From a bacterium (GTDB taxonomy: Bacteria > Hinthialibacterota > Hinthialibacteria > Hinthialibacterales > Hinthialibacteraceae), in NCBI GenBank assembly GCA_963662285.2, contig CAXXMV010000006.1, forward strand, positions 1,472,001-1,536,000: a DNA stretch of 64,000 nt. Direction: 5' to 3'. A program made the translations under genes and the position numbers. The notes under the pieces were generated by a model. That model was not told where the DNA came from. It ran no database searches and was given only the letters and a program-made list of their open reading frames with translations. Each line of letters starts with the position of its first letter. The first letter of the stretch is position 1. This document shows, one piece after another, positions 40,633 to 49,226 of this stretch.

Positions 40633-40727
40633 GGGTGCCAAGGGTAGTGTACTTTCTACCCTTGAAAACCACCTAAGATTAAACAAGCCAACGCGTAGGG
40701 TGGGCTAAAAGCGAAGCGTAGCCCTCC
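40633..40727 (+). repeat. GGGTG-CAAGGG REP-like hairpin plus a GTAG-REP
   Basis: GGGTGCCAAGGGTAG..CTACCCTTGA (40633-40665), tail AACCACCTAAGATTAAA, then a GTAG-REP at 40695-40727. Confidence 0.75.
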
Positions 40728-40811
40728 AAAAAACACTATATATATTCTTCAATTGACTTTAAGATATCATTAATCATACTTCATCTGCAAACTATTAGGA
40801 GAGACTAATCC

Positions 40812-41714
40812 ATGAAACCTGTTCTGCATTCCGTAAGTTACGCCGGTCTCTGGGGGCAAGATGCGTTAAACCTGGAAGAGTTCATTTCTCACACTGCTGA
40901 TCTAGGATATTCCGGCGTGATGCTGATGGCCAAACGGCCTCACCTGTCGCCTTTGGATTATGATGAAAAGAAAATAGATCAATTGGTAAAATTGCTTCAA
41001 GCAAAGAATCTCACCGTATCATGCATGGCGGCCTATAGCGACCCCAATTGCGGCTACTCAGCCACCAGCGGGCCATTCGCTCCGGTTGGTGAAATGCAAT
41101 TGCTGAGCATCCGTCATTTCGCAGATATGGCGCAAAAACTTAACTCTCCCATTATACGCTTGCTGACCGGACTGGCCGCAACCGGAGAACCATACAAAGT
41201 CCAATGGGATCGTTGCGTAAATTTTATGCGTGAAGCCTGCGATATAGCTGCCGCTTACGGCGTTACAATCGGCATTCAGAATCATGATGATATCGCCGGA
41301 CACTATCTATCAATGGGCGACCTGATCGAAGAGGTTAACCGTCCCAATTGCAAAGCCTGCTTCGACGCCTGGTCGATTGCGTTGCATGGTGATGATCTTA
41401 CAGAAGCCGTCAATACCCTGGGCGACAAGATAATCCATACCACCGTAGCCGATTACGTCAAACGCCCCCGCTTCCGTTATCATAATCCAGGGGAAGGGAA
41501 TATATACGAACGCATCCTGGATGAAGTGCGCGCCGTGCCGCCTGGCGAAGGTTTTATTGATTACGCCGCATTCTTTGATGCGTTAAAGAATATCGGTTTT
41601 GAAGGAACAGTCGCTTTTGAAATGTGCTCCCCCATTCGCGGCGGAGGAAGCCGGGAGAACCTGGATCGTTACGCAACAAAATTTCTCGAATTCTTTGAAC
41701 CGTGGGTGGTTTAA
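40812..41714 (+). CDS. Sugar phosphate isomerase/epimerase (xylose-isomerase-like TIM barrel)
   Basis: GIQNH, CFD, PGEGFIDY...F..L..IGF.G.V.FE. Confidence 0.85.
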   Translation: MKPVLHSVSYAGLWGQDALNLEEFISHTADLGYSGVMLMAKRPHLSPLDYDEKKIDQLVKLLQAKNLTVSCMAAYSDPNCGYSATSGPFAPVGEMQLLSIRHFADMAQKLNSPIIRLLTGLAATGEPYKVQWDRCVNFMREACDIAAAYGVTIGIQNHDDIAGHYLSMGDLIEEVNRPNCKACFDAWSIALHGDDLTEAVNTLGDKIIHTTVADYVKRPRFRYHNPGEGNIYERILDEVRAVPPGEGFIDYAAFFDALKNIGFEGTVAFEMCSPIRGGGSRENLDRYATKFLEFFEPWVV

Positions 41715-41827
41715 TCAAGGGCTGACCGCAATGCGGTCTTGCCCTTGCCACCCGTCAAATTAATATAATGAGTTATATCCCAAAACCCCTCTCCCCCAAG
41801 TTTGGGGGAGAATTCAAGAGGGGGTTG
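41715..41827 (-). repeat. Reverse GGGTG-family REP plus a CTCCCCC-family palindrome
   Basis: The 43 bp at 41715-41757 are identical to 51803-51845. CTCCCCCAAGTTTGGGGGAG follows. Confidence 0.8.
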
Positions 41828-41880
41828 TTTTCAAAAACTATTGATTTTTTATTTAATGTAATCATAACAGGTGTTTTTTT

Positions 41881-42747
41881 ATGACCATGATAATGATGTT
41901 GAATTTAAAGGGGGGCGTCGCCAAAACGACTAATGCCGTAGCTATTGCTGAATATCTGGCGACGATGAAGAAAAAAATACTCTTCATCGACGCCGATCAT
42001 CAATATACCGCCAGTGAATTGTTGATTGGAGAAGAACGATGCCTGGAGCAGGATTCCAAGCGCAAGACGCTGCATGATCTTCTTTCCAGTATGATGAGTG
42101 AAGATTTTGAATCATCAGTTCTTGAGCAATATATCACCAAAGATGCATCCAATATATCCAGAATCCAAAAGTATATGGATTGCATCCCCTGCTCATACCG
42201 CATAGATGAATTCACTTCCAATATTGCTAAAGCCAAAAAAGGCTTCTTGGGGGACGACGAATTTCAAAAGAAATGGTTGAATCAAAAAAGAAAGTTACAC
42301 CGCTGGTGTCTCAAAAATTATGATTTCACCATTGTTGATTGTCCGCCCAGCCTCGCTATCCAGGTGCGTTTCTTTTTGGGATGCGCTGACTTCTTTATCG
42401 CTCCCACCATTCCCGATAGATTATCAGTACGCGGAACCGCTTATCTGCTGGAGCGAATCAGAAAAAGAGGACACAAAAGAATTCTGCCCCTCGGATCATT
42501 ATGGTCTATGGTGCGCGTGCAAAACCGCAAGCATAAAGAGATGATGAAAATCGTTGAAGATGAAAAATGCCAATATGATGGAATCCCCAAACCATTCAAA
42601 ACCTACATTCCCAACATGGCGGCCATCGCCAACGCCATGGAAAACAACAAGCAATTCGTTAATTTCAGCGACAAATATAAATCCCAGTCAATAAAACTAT
42701 ATAAAGCTCTATGCCAGGAAATTATTGAAAGAATCGAGAAGAATTAA
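41881..42747 (+). CDS. ParA/Soj-family ATPase (orphan)
   Basis: NLKGGVAKTT deviant Walker A, IDADHQ, IVDCPP. Confidence 0.88.
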   Translation: MTMIMMLNLKGGVAKTTNAVAIAEYLATMKKKILFIDADHQYTASELLIGEERCLEQDSKRKTLHDLLSSMMSEDFESSVLEQYITKDASNISRIQKYMDCIPCSYRIDEFTSNIAKAKKGFLGDDEFQKKWLNQKRKLHRWCLKNYDFTIVDCPPSLAIQVRFFLGCADFFIAPTIPDRLSVRGTAYLLERIRKRGHKRILPLGSLWSMVRVQNRKHKEMMKIVEDEKCQYDGIPKPFKTYIPNMAAIANAMENNKQFVNFSDKYKSQSIKLYKALCQEIIERIEKN

Positions 42748-42760
42748 CCTAGGAAAACCA

Positions 42761-44020
42761 ATGAACAGCAAACAACGGGTTTTAGCAGCCATAAATCATC
42801 AACAACCGGATCGCATCCCCATAGATTTCGGCGGCAGTAATGTCTCCAGTATGCATGTAACCTGCGTTGCTGCGTTGCGCGATTACTATGGTCTGGAGAA
42901 GAGACCTGTAAAAGTTCACGAACCTCATCAGATACTGGGTTGGATTGATGAAGACCTCAAACAGGCCATAGGCATTGATGTTGACAGTCCATTCCCCGCA
43001 GCCACCGGATTCGGCTTCCCCAACGAAAATTGGAAAGAATGGGAAATTCCAACCACTGGATTGACTGTGCTGGTTCCTGAGAAATTCAATACTGTACCAG
43101 AAGATAACGGGGATATTCTTTTGTATCCCCAAGGCGACCAATCGGCGCCGCCCAGCGGCAGGATGCCCAGAGGCGGCTATTACTTCGACGCAATTCTAAG
43201 GCAGCAGCCCATAGATGAAGATAAACTTGATCCAGAAGACAACCTTGAGGAATACAGCGTCGTTTCGGATAGTGAAATAGAAGAATACGCCCAAACCATT
43301 CGTAATACTGCAACCTATGGACGCGCTGTAGTAGGTAAAGTTAACTGTACATCTTTTGGAGATATTGCCCGCGTTCCCGGCATCCAGTTGAAACATCCCA
43401 AAGGCATTCGCGATATAACTGAATGGTACATGTCCATAGCCACCCGGCCTGACTACATACATGCCGTCTTCGCTAAACAGTGTGAATACGCATTAGTCAA
43501 TCTTCAGAAACTCAAAGACGCCTGCGGCGACCTGATTGACGTGCTATATATCTGCGGAACCGATTTCGGAACGCAGGATTCCACCTTCTGCTCGGTCAAC
43601 ACCTACAACGATCTCTTTAAACCTTATTACAAAACAGTCAACGACTGGATTCACCAGAATACCAATTGGAAAACCTTTAAGCATTCATGCGGAGCGGTGG
43701 AACGCTTTATCGATCCCTTCGTTGATTCAGGATTCGACATCCTCAATCCAGTGCAATGTTCAGCCAAAGGTATGGCGCCCGGTCATCTCAAAGACGCCTA
43801 TGGCGACCGCATGGTCTTCTGGGGCGGGGGAGTGGATACCCAGAAAACTCTGCCTTTCGGAACTCCGCAAGAGGTTCGCCAGGAGGTATTGCAGCGCTGC
43901 GAAATTTTCTCCAACAACGGTGGATTCGTCTTTAATGCAGTTCATAATGTACAAGCCAACACCCCGGTAGAAAACATAGTAGCCATGATTGACGCAGTCA
44001 AAGAATTTAACGGAGAGTGA
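42761..44020 (+). CDS. Uroporphyrinogen-decarboxylase-fold (MtaA/CmuA-like) protein
   Basis: MNSKQRV..AI.H..PDRIP.D, DFGTQ, HSCG, LNPVQ, FWGGGVDTQ, GGFVF..VHN.Q...P.EN. Start set at the ATG at 42761. Confidence 0.85.
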   Translation: MNSKQRVLAAINHQQPDRIPIDFGGSNVSSMHVTCVAALRDYYGLEKRPVKVHEPHQILGWIDEDLKQAIGIDVDSPFPAATGFGFPNENWKEWEIPTTGLTVLVPEKFNTVPEDNGDILLYPQGDQSAPPSGRMPRGGYYFDAILRQQPIDEDKLDPEDNLEEYSVVSDSEIEEYAQTIRNTATYGRAVVGKVNCTSFGDIARVPGIQLKHPKGIRDITEWYMSIATRPDYIHAVFAKQCEYALVNLQKLKDACGDLIDVLYICGTDFGTQDSTFCSVNTYNDLFKPYYKTVNDWIHQNTNWKTFKHSCGAVERFIDPFVDSGFDILNPVQCSAKGMAPGHLKDAYGDRMVFWGGGVDTQKTLPFGTPQEVRQEVLQRCEIFSNNGGFVFNAVHNVQANTPVENIVAMIDAVKEFNGE

Positions 44021-44027
44021 AATTACC

Positions 44028-45641
44028 ATGTACAACATCATTAAACAAAGTTTGTATGTAAGTCTTTTTCTCTGCTCACTGCTAACATTATCAATGCAGG
44101 TTGTTTTAGCTGAAGACAGCGGAGTCTTCTCGGTTAAACAATACAATGCCGTCGGCGACGGTCAAACGCTTGACACCAAAGCCATCCAGTCAGCCATTGA
44201 CGCCGCCTCGGCTGCCGGAGGAGGGACGGTCGATTTCCCTGCGGGAACCTACCTGTCAGGTACGCTTATCCTCAAAAGCAATATTACCCTGAATTTACAG
44301 CCTGGCGCAGTATTATTGGGCAGCCGTAAAGTTGAAGATTATCCACATACTATTCCCTCTATCAGGTCGTATACCGACAACTACGTCAAGCAAAGTTTGA
44401 TCTATGCCGAAAACCTCCACAACATCGCCATCACCGGCAGCGGAACCATCAATGGACAGGGCGACGCCTTTAAATGGAAAAAATATGAAAACCGCCCTTA
44501 TATAATCCGCATGATCTCTTGCGAGAAGGTCTTGATAGACGGAATCACGCTCATCAAATCACCCATGTGGATGCAGCATTATCTGGCCTGCGAAGACCTA
44601 ACAGTTCGCAATGTCCATGTCTTCAACCATGGCAATTATAACAATGACGGTATTGATCTGGATAGTTGCCGCAACGTCCGTCTTTCCGGTTGTTCTTTCG
44701 ATTCCGATGATGACGCTCTCTGTCTCAAAAGCACTACCGACAAACCATGCGAAAGCATAACCATTACCAATTGCGTACTCAGCAGTCATTGCAACGCCTT
44801 CAAAATGGGAACCGAATCAAACGGCGGTTTCAAAGATATCACCTTCTCCAACAGCACAATCCACTCTCCCCGGCTTAGCCAGGTCGAATATGGCAAACAG
44901 CGCGGTCTGGCGGGCATCGCATTAGAGATCGTTGATGGCGGAACTATGGATCAAATCGCCATATCCAACATCGTTTTAAGGGGAGTCTCCGTACCTCTCT
45001 TCCTGCGCTTGGGCGACCGCGCCCGGCCATTCATCAAAGATGCGCCCAAGCCGAAAGTAGGCCAATTCAAAAATGTAAGCATCAGTAATATAGTCGCTAC
45101 TGGCGTCTCCAAAATCGGCTGCTCCATCACCGGACAACCAGAGAAATTCTTAGAAAACGTCTCCTTGCAGGATATCCATATCGAATACGAAGGCGGCGGG
45201 ACAGAGGAAGACGCCATGCGGGAAGTAGAACACAAACCGACGTCGTATCCCGAATCAACCATGTTCGGCGTCCTTCCATCCTACGGCTTCTATTGCCGCT
45301 ATGTAAATGGATTAAACCTGCGCAACATCAACTTACGCTGGAAAGATAAAGACCTACGCTCCGCCATGATATGTCAAAAAGTGAATGATCTAACCATTGA
45401 CGGTTTCTATAGTAAAGCAACTCCTGATGGAAATTCTTCAATTATTTTGGATGATGTATCTGGAGCATTACTCAGAGGATGTCAGACCAAAGAGGCTATA
45501 AATGTTTTCTTGCAATTAGAGAATGAGACCAAGGATATTAGTTTGCTTTCCTCGGATCTAAGAAAAGCTGAAAATGCTGTTAAGTTTATGAATCAGGAAA
45601 TAAGAAAAACCTTTTTCCAAACCGCCAATCTCGGCGTATAA
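44028..45641 (+). CDS. GH28-family (polygalacturonase-like) glycoside hydrolase, secreted
   Basis: AVGDG..LDT.AIQ.AID, NNDGID, DDALCLKS, KMGTESNGGF. Start set at the ATG at 44028. Confidence 0.88.
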   Translation: MYNIIKQSLYVSLFLCSLLTLSMQVVLAEDSGVFSVKQYNAVGDGQTLDTKAIQSAIDAASAAGGGTVDFPAGTYLSGTLILKSNITLNLQPGAVLLGSRKVEDYPHTIPSIRSYTDNYVKQSLIYAENLHNIAITGSGTINGQGDAFKWKKYENRPYIIRMISCEKVLIDGITLIKSPMWMQHYLACEDLTVRNVHVFNHGNYNNDGIDLDSCRNVRLSGCSFDSDDDALCLKSTTDKPCESITITNCVLSSHCNAFKMGTESNGGFKDITFSNSTIHSPRLSQVEYGKQRGLAGIALEIVDGGTMDQIAISNIVLRGVSVPLFLRLGDRARPFIKDAPKPKVGQFKNVSISNIVATGVSKIGCSITGQPEKFLENVSLQDIHIEYEGGGTEEDAMREVEHKPTSYPESTMFGVLPSYGFYCRYVNGLNLRNINLRWKDKDLRSAMICQKVNDLTIDGFYSKATPDGNSSIILDDVSGALLRGCQTKEAINVFLQLENETKDISLLSSDLRKAENAVKFMNQEIRKTFFQTANLGV

Positions 45642-45667
45642 TAAACAGAACAGCAAGTGGAATCCAT

Positions 45668-45693
45668 GTAGGGTGCGCCTCTCGTGGGCGCCC
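45668..45693 (+). repeat. GTAG-REP-like hairpin
   Basis: GTAGGGTGCGCCTCTCGTGGGCGCCC shares the CTCGTGG core with the 3018-3212 units. Confidence 0.6.
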
Positions 45694-45734
45694 TGTTTGA
45701 AGCAATCACCTATGATTCCAAAGGATAAAAATTC

Positions 45735-46001
45735 ATGATCAATTCCATAGAAAAGCAATTACAGCAAATCCCGAATGTAGGCCTTGCAATATCCAGCAAA
45801 ATGATGCGTCTGGGAATCAAATCCATCGATCAGTTAGCTGATAGTGATGCGGAAAAGTTATATGACCGCCTCTGTGATATGGACGGCGTACAGCATGATG
45901 TCTGCCTGTTGGATGTCTTCGTATCCGCCGTCGAATTCGCAAAAACCGGGACAAATGAACCCTGGTGGGAATATAGCCGCAAACGCAAGCAAGAAGCATG
46001 A
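45735..46001 (+). CDS. Helix-hairpin-helix protein (Cdd1/mitomycin-resistance-like)
   Basis: LQQIPNVG, LGI, LYDRLC...G..HD.C.LDVF..AV.FA, PWW.YS..RK. Confidence 0.8.
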   Translation: MINSIEKQLQQIPNVGLAISSKMMRLGIKSIDQLADSDAEKLYDRLCDMDGVQHDVCLLDVFVSAVEFAKTGTNEPWWEYSRKRKQEA

Positions 46002-46321
46002 ATACCAAAAACCCTGAATATTGCTTGTAGGGCTTTCCCCCTCAAACAAAACAGGCATCGCCTGATAGTAGGCGCCAGCCATCATAATATAATAAATATC
46101 AAGGATTAAAAAAATCCCTGGAAGTTGGAAGCCCCTTTTATTATTTATTTCTAGAAATCCTCTAAGAATCTCTTAGGGGATTTTTTGGAATTATGCCCTA
46201 TCATTTCTCCCTAATATTCATAATTATCATTGTTTTACATATATTTTGCCTATGATTTATCATACAATAGAATCATATACACGTATGCATCACATAAGTC
46301 TAGAATAATCTGGAGGTTGTT

Positions 46322-47680
46322 ATGTTAAATAAGAGTATGATCCGCTGTTTATTTACTATATGGTTTGCGACTCTCGCCCTATTCGTTTCAGCGGCGGATT
46401 TCGAAGCTGGCGTCGCCAAGGCGTGCATTACCCCTTCTTATGATATATGGATGTCGGGTTACGCCTCACGTGACAAGCCGTCGCAAGGCAAACTACACGA
46501 CCTCAATGCTAAAGCCCTGACTCTTAAAGACAAAGATGGCAATTGCGCGGTGCTTTTGACCGCTGATCTGATAGGCGTATCGGCTGATCTGAGCGACCGG
46601 GTGGCTCAGCGCGTCAAAAAACTTACCGGAATAGAACGTGAGGCTATCATGGTAAGCGCCAGCCATACTCATAGCGGCCCGGTGTTGCGCAATAATCTGG
46701 AAACCATGTACGATCTTCCACCGGAAGAATGGGATAAAATAACTCGATATACTAAAGAATTAGAAGACAACATGGTAAAGGTGATCTGCCAATCGGTTGA
46801 AAATCTACAACCGGCCTCACTATATCGTGGAAATGGCGAGGCGCATTTCGCCGTCAATCGGCGCGAATATACCCTTGACGGAGTTAAGATTGGAGTGAAT
46901 CCCATAGGACCTTTGGATAATGACGTCCCGGTTATGAAAGTCGTCGATCAATCCGGTTCGATAATGGCCATAGTTTTCGGCTACGCTTGCCATAATACTA
47001 CTCTCAGCATCTTCAAACTAAGCGGCGATTACGCTGGTTTCGCTCAATACGAAATTGAAAAGAATCACCCCGAAGCCATCGCCATGTTCTTTATCGGCTG
47101 CGGCGCTGATGCTAATCCCAATCCCCGCAGAGAATTGGAACACGCCCGGAATTATGGCAAACAATTGAGCGACTCAGTAGACCGGGTGCTCAATGGCTTC
47201 ATGCGAGAAATCAAAGGATCAATTAAGACCTCATTCACCACCGTACCTCTTCCCCTGACTCCCGCGCCAACCCGCGCCCAACTTGAAGAACAGGCCAAAG
47301 ATGAATACATATATATCGTCCGCCGCGCCAAGAGTCTCTTAAAACAACTTGATAAAGACGGCTCTCTTCCAGAAACCTATCCTTATTCATTGCAACTGTG
47401 GAGCATTGGAAATGATTTCCGCTGGTTAGCCATGGCGGGCGAGGTCGTGGTCGATTATTCCTTACTCTTCAAGCACCTATACGGCAAAGATGATATCTGG
47501 GTGACGGGTTACGCCAATGACGTCTTCGCTTACATCCCATCATTACGGGTATTGCGAGAAGGCGGTTATGAAGCAAACGAATCCATGATCTATTACGGCC
47601 TACATGGTCCCTGGAAGCCTGAAATTGAAAAGATTATTGTAGATACAGTAGCCCAACTGGCTGATGAGATTGATTCCTAA
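46322..47680 (+). CDS. Neutral/alkaline ceramidase N-terminal domain protein, secreted
   Basis: MSGYASR, SASHTHSGP, VNRR, YACH.T, GCGAD.NP, GYANDV..YIP. Confidence 0.85.
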   Translation: MLNKSMIRCLFTIWFATLALFVSAADFEAGVAKACITPSYDIWMSGYASRDKPSQGKLHDLNAKALTLKDKDGNCAVLLTADLIGVSADLSDRVAQRVKKLTGIEREAIMVSASHTHSGPVLRNNLETMYDLPPEEWDKITRYTKELEDNMVKVICQSVENLQPASLYRGNGEAHFAVNRREYTLDGVKIGVNPIGPLDNDVPVMKVVDQSGSIMAIVFGYACHNTTLSIFKLSGDYAGFAQYEIEKNHPEAIAMFFIGCGADANPNPRRELEHARNYGKQLSDSVDRVLNGFMREIKGSIKTSFTTVPLPLTPAPTRAQLEEQAKDEYIYIVRRAKSLLKQLDKDGSLPETYPYSLQLWSIGNDFRWLAMAGEVVVDYSLLFKHLYGKDDIWVTGYANDVFAYIPSLRVLREGGYEANESMIYYGLHGPWKPEIEKIIVDTVAQLADEIDS

Positions 47681-47696
47681 CGCTATCAGCGTAACA

Positions 47697-47747
47697 GGGT
47701 GCCAAGGGCAGTGTTTTTTCTGCCCTTGATAACCACCCAAGATTAAA
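47697..47747 (+). repeat. GGGTG-CAAGGG REP-like hairpin
   Basis: GGGTGCCAAGGGCAG..CTGCCCTTGA with tail AACCACCCAAGATTAAA, as at 40633. Confidence 0.75.
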
Positions 47748-47771
47748 GATACAACCTATGGAGTAAAACCA

Positions 47772-49106
47772 ATGCTAACATCAAACCGAAACACTTACCT
47801 AATCGCCTTCTGCATCCTATTCGCAGCAAGTTCATTCGGATCAGATGAAACTCAGGATTTCTCTCCCCAACCGGACGAGCAGCAATTATCAATATCTATG
47901 CATTCCAAGATGGAAGAACTTCCTCTGATACGAGTCGGTCAATCTGATTCTGATCTAATTGGTAATGATAACCGCGTACTCCAGGCCGCAGTGGATTACA
48001 TAGCCAACCTGGGCGGCGGCGTGGTCGAGATTGGCGCCGGAACCTACACCATGCGCGATTCACTGCATCTTCGCGCTAATGTAACCGTCCGCGGCGTTGC
48101 GGATAAAACCATCCTGAAAAAATCGGATTGCGTATCATCTCTGCTGGCCATTGACGGCGACTTCGGCGAAGAGCAGATCACCCTGAAGAATCCAGATGGA
48201 TTCAAGGTCGGCGACGGCGTTGCAGTGTGGGATGACCAAGCCGGTGGTTTTCATACGGTCGTAGCCCGCATTACCGGACGCCGGGGCAATACTTTTTCGA
48301 TCAGCAAACCCCTGGGTTCTGATTATATGATTAATAATAAGGCTCATGCTGATACGGTCTTTCCAGTTGTCAGCGGTTATCATTTAGGAGGCGTACGCAT
48401 TGAAAATCTCGTCATCGATGGCAACCGGGATAGTAACGTCCACCTGAACGGCTGCCGTGGAGCGGGCATCTTTCTCTATCGCGGATTCGGAACCGTGATC
48501 AAGGATTGCATCGTGCGAAATTACAACGGCGATGGCATCAGTTTCCAGCAATCCAACGACGTAACCGTTATCAATTGCATCTGCGAAAACAACGCAATGC
48601 TGGGATTGCATCCCGGCAGCGGCTCGCAGCGTCCGCAGGTCAAGAATTGCATCGCCCGTAAAAATGGAACCGACGGCCTCTTCTTATGCTGGCGCGTGCG
48701 GCATGGATTATTTGAAAACAACATCATGGAGCAAAACGGGAGATTCGGCATCTCCATCGGACATAAAGACAGCGATAACCTGATCCAAAATAACCGCGTA
48801 GTTTCTAACCAAAACGATGGAATATTCTTCCGCAATGAAACAATCGGCATGGCGGGGCATCGCAACAAACTAAAGAACAACATCATCGAAAACAACGGCG
48901 CCGAAGGGAACGGCGCGGGCATAAGAATCCGCGGAGAAACCAACGGAACCGTAATAATGAACAACATAATCCGGGATACCCGCCCAGCTGATCAACAAAC
49001 CCAAACAGTAGGAATCCGAATAGAAGAAAAAGCCGGAACCGTTATTATCGAGAATAATAAGAACCAATCTCAACAGAAGATTGTTGATTTGCGTGAGGAG
49101 AAGTAA
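47772..49106 (+). CDS. Right-handed parallel beta-helix protein, secreted
   Basis: LQAAVD, GGVV.I.AGTY, repeated N...GI/NN.I..N coils. Confidence 0.85.
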   Translation: MLTSNRNTYLIAFCILFAASSFGSDETQDFSPQPDEQQLSISMHSKMEELPLIRVGQSDSDLIGNDNRVLQAAVDYIANLGGGVVEIGAGTYTMRDSLHLRANVTVRGVADKTILKKSDCVSSLLAIDGDFGEEQITLKNPDGFKVGDGVAVWDDQAGGFHTVVARITGRRGNTFSISKPLGSDYMINNKAHADTVFPVVSGYHLGGVRIENLVIDGNRDSNVHLNGCRGAGIFLYRGFGTVIKDCIVRNYNGDGISFQQSNDVTVINCICENNAMLGLHPGSGSQRPQVKNCIARKNGTDGLFLCWRVRHGLFENNIMEQNGRFGISIGHKDSDNLIQNNRVVSNQNDGIFFRNETIGMAGHRNKLKNNIIENNGAEGNGAGIRIRGETNGTVIMNNIIRDTRPADQQTQTVGIRIEEKAGTVIIENNKNQSQQKIVDLREEK

Positions 49107-49152
49107 CCTGAAAATGGATGAAACACACTTCCGCTTTGTCTCAACTAATTGG

Positions 49153-49226
49153 CTATCCTGGATGATTTCCAGCGAGGTAGATGTACTGTAATTGGATATT
49201 GCTGTTCCCAAGGAGGATAACAACGT
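49153..49226 (+). pseudogene. Putative decayed C-terminus of a type I R-M specificity subunit (hsdS relic)
   Basis: Frame reads L-S-W-M-I-S-S-E-V-D-V-L-*-L-D-I-A-V-P-K-E, versus the HsdS-type tail LPRLISGEVDVSELDI as I recall it. Most differences are single-base changes (TCC/CCC, TGG/CGG, ATG/CTG, AGC/GGC, TAA/GAA). Confidence 0.55.
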
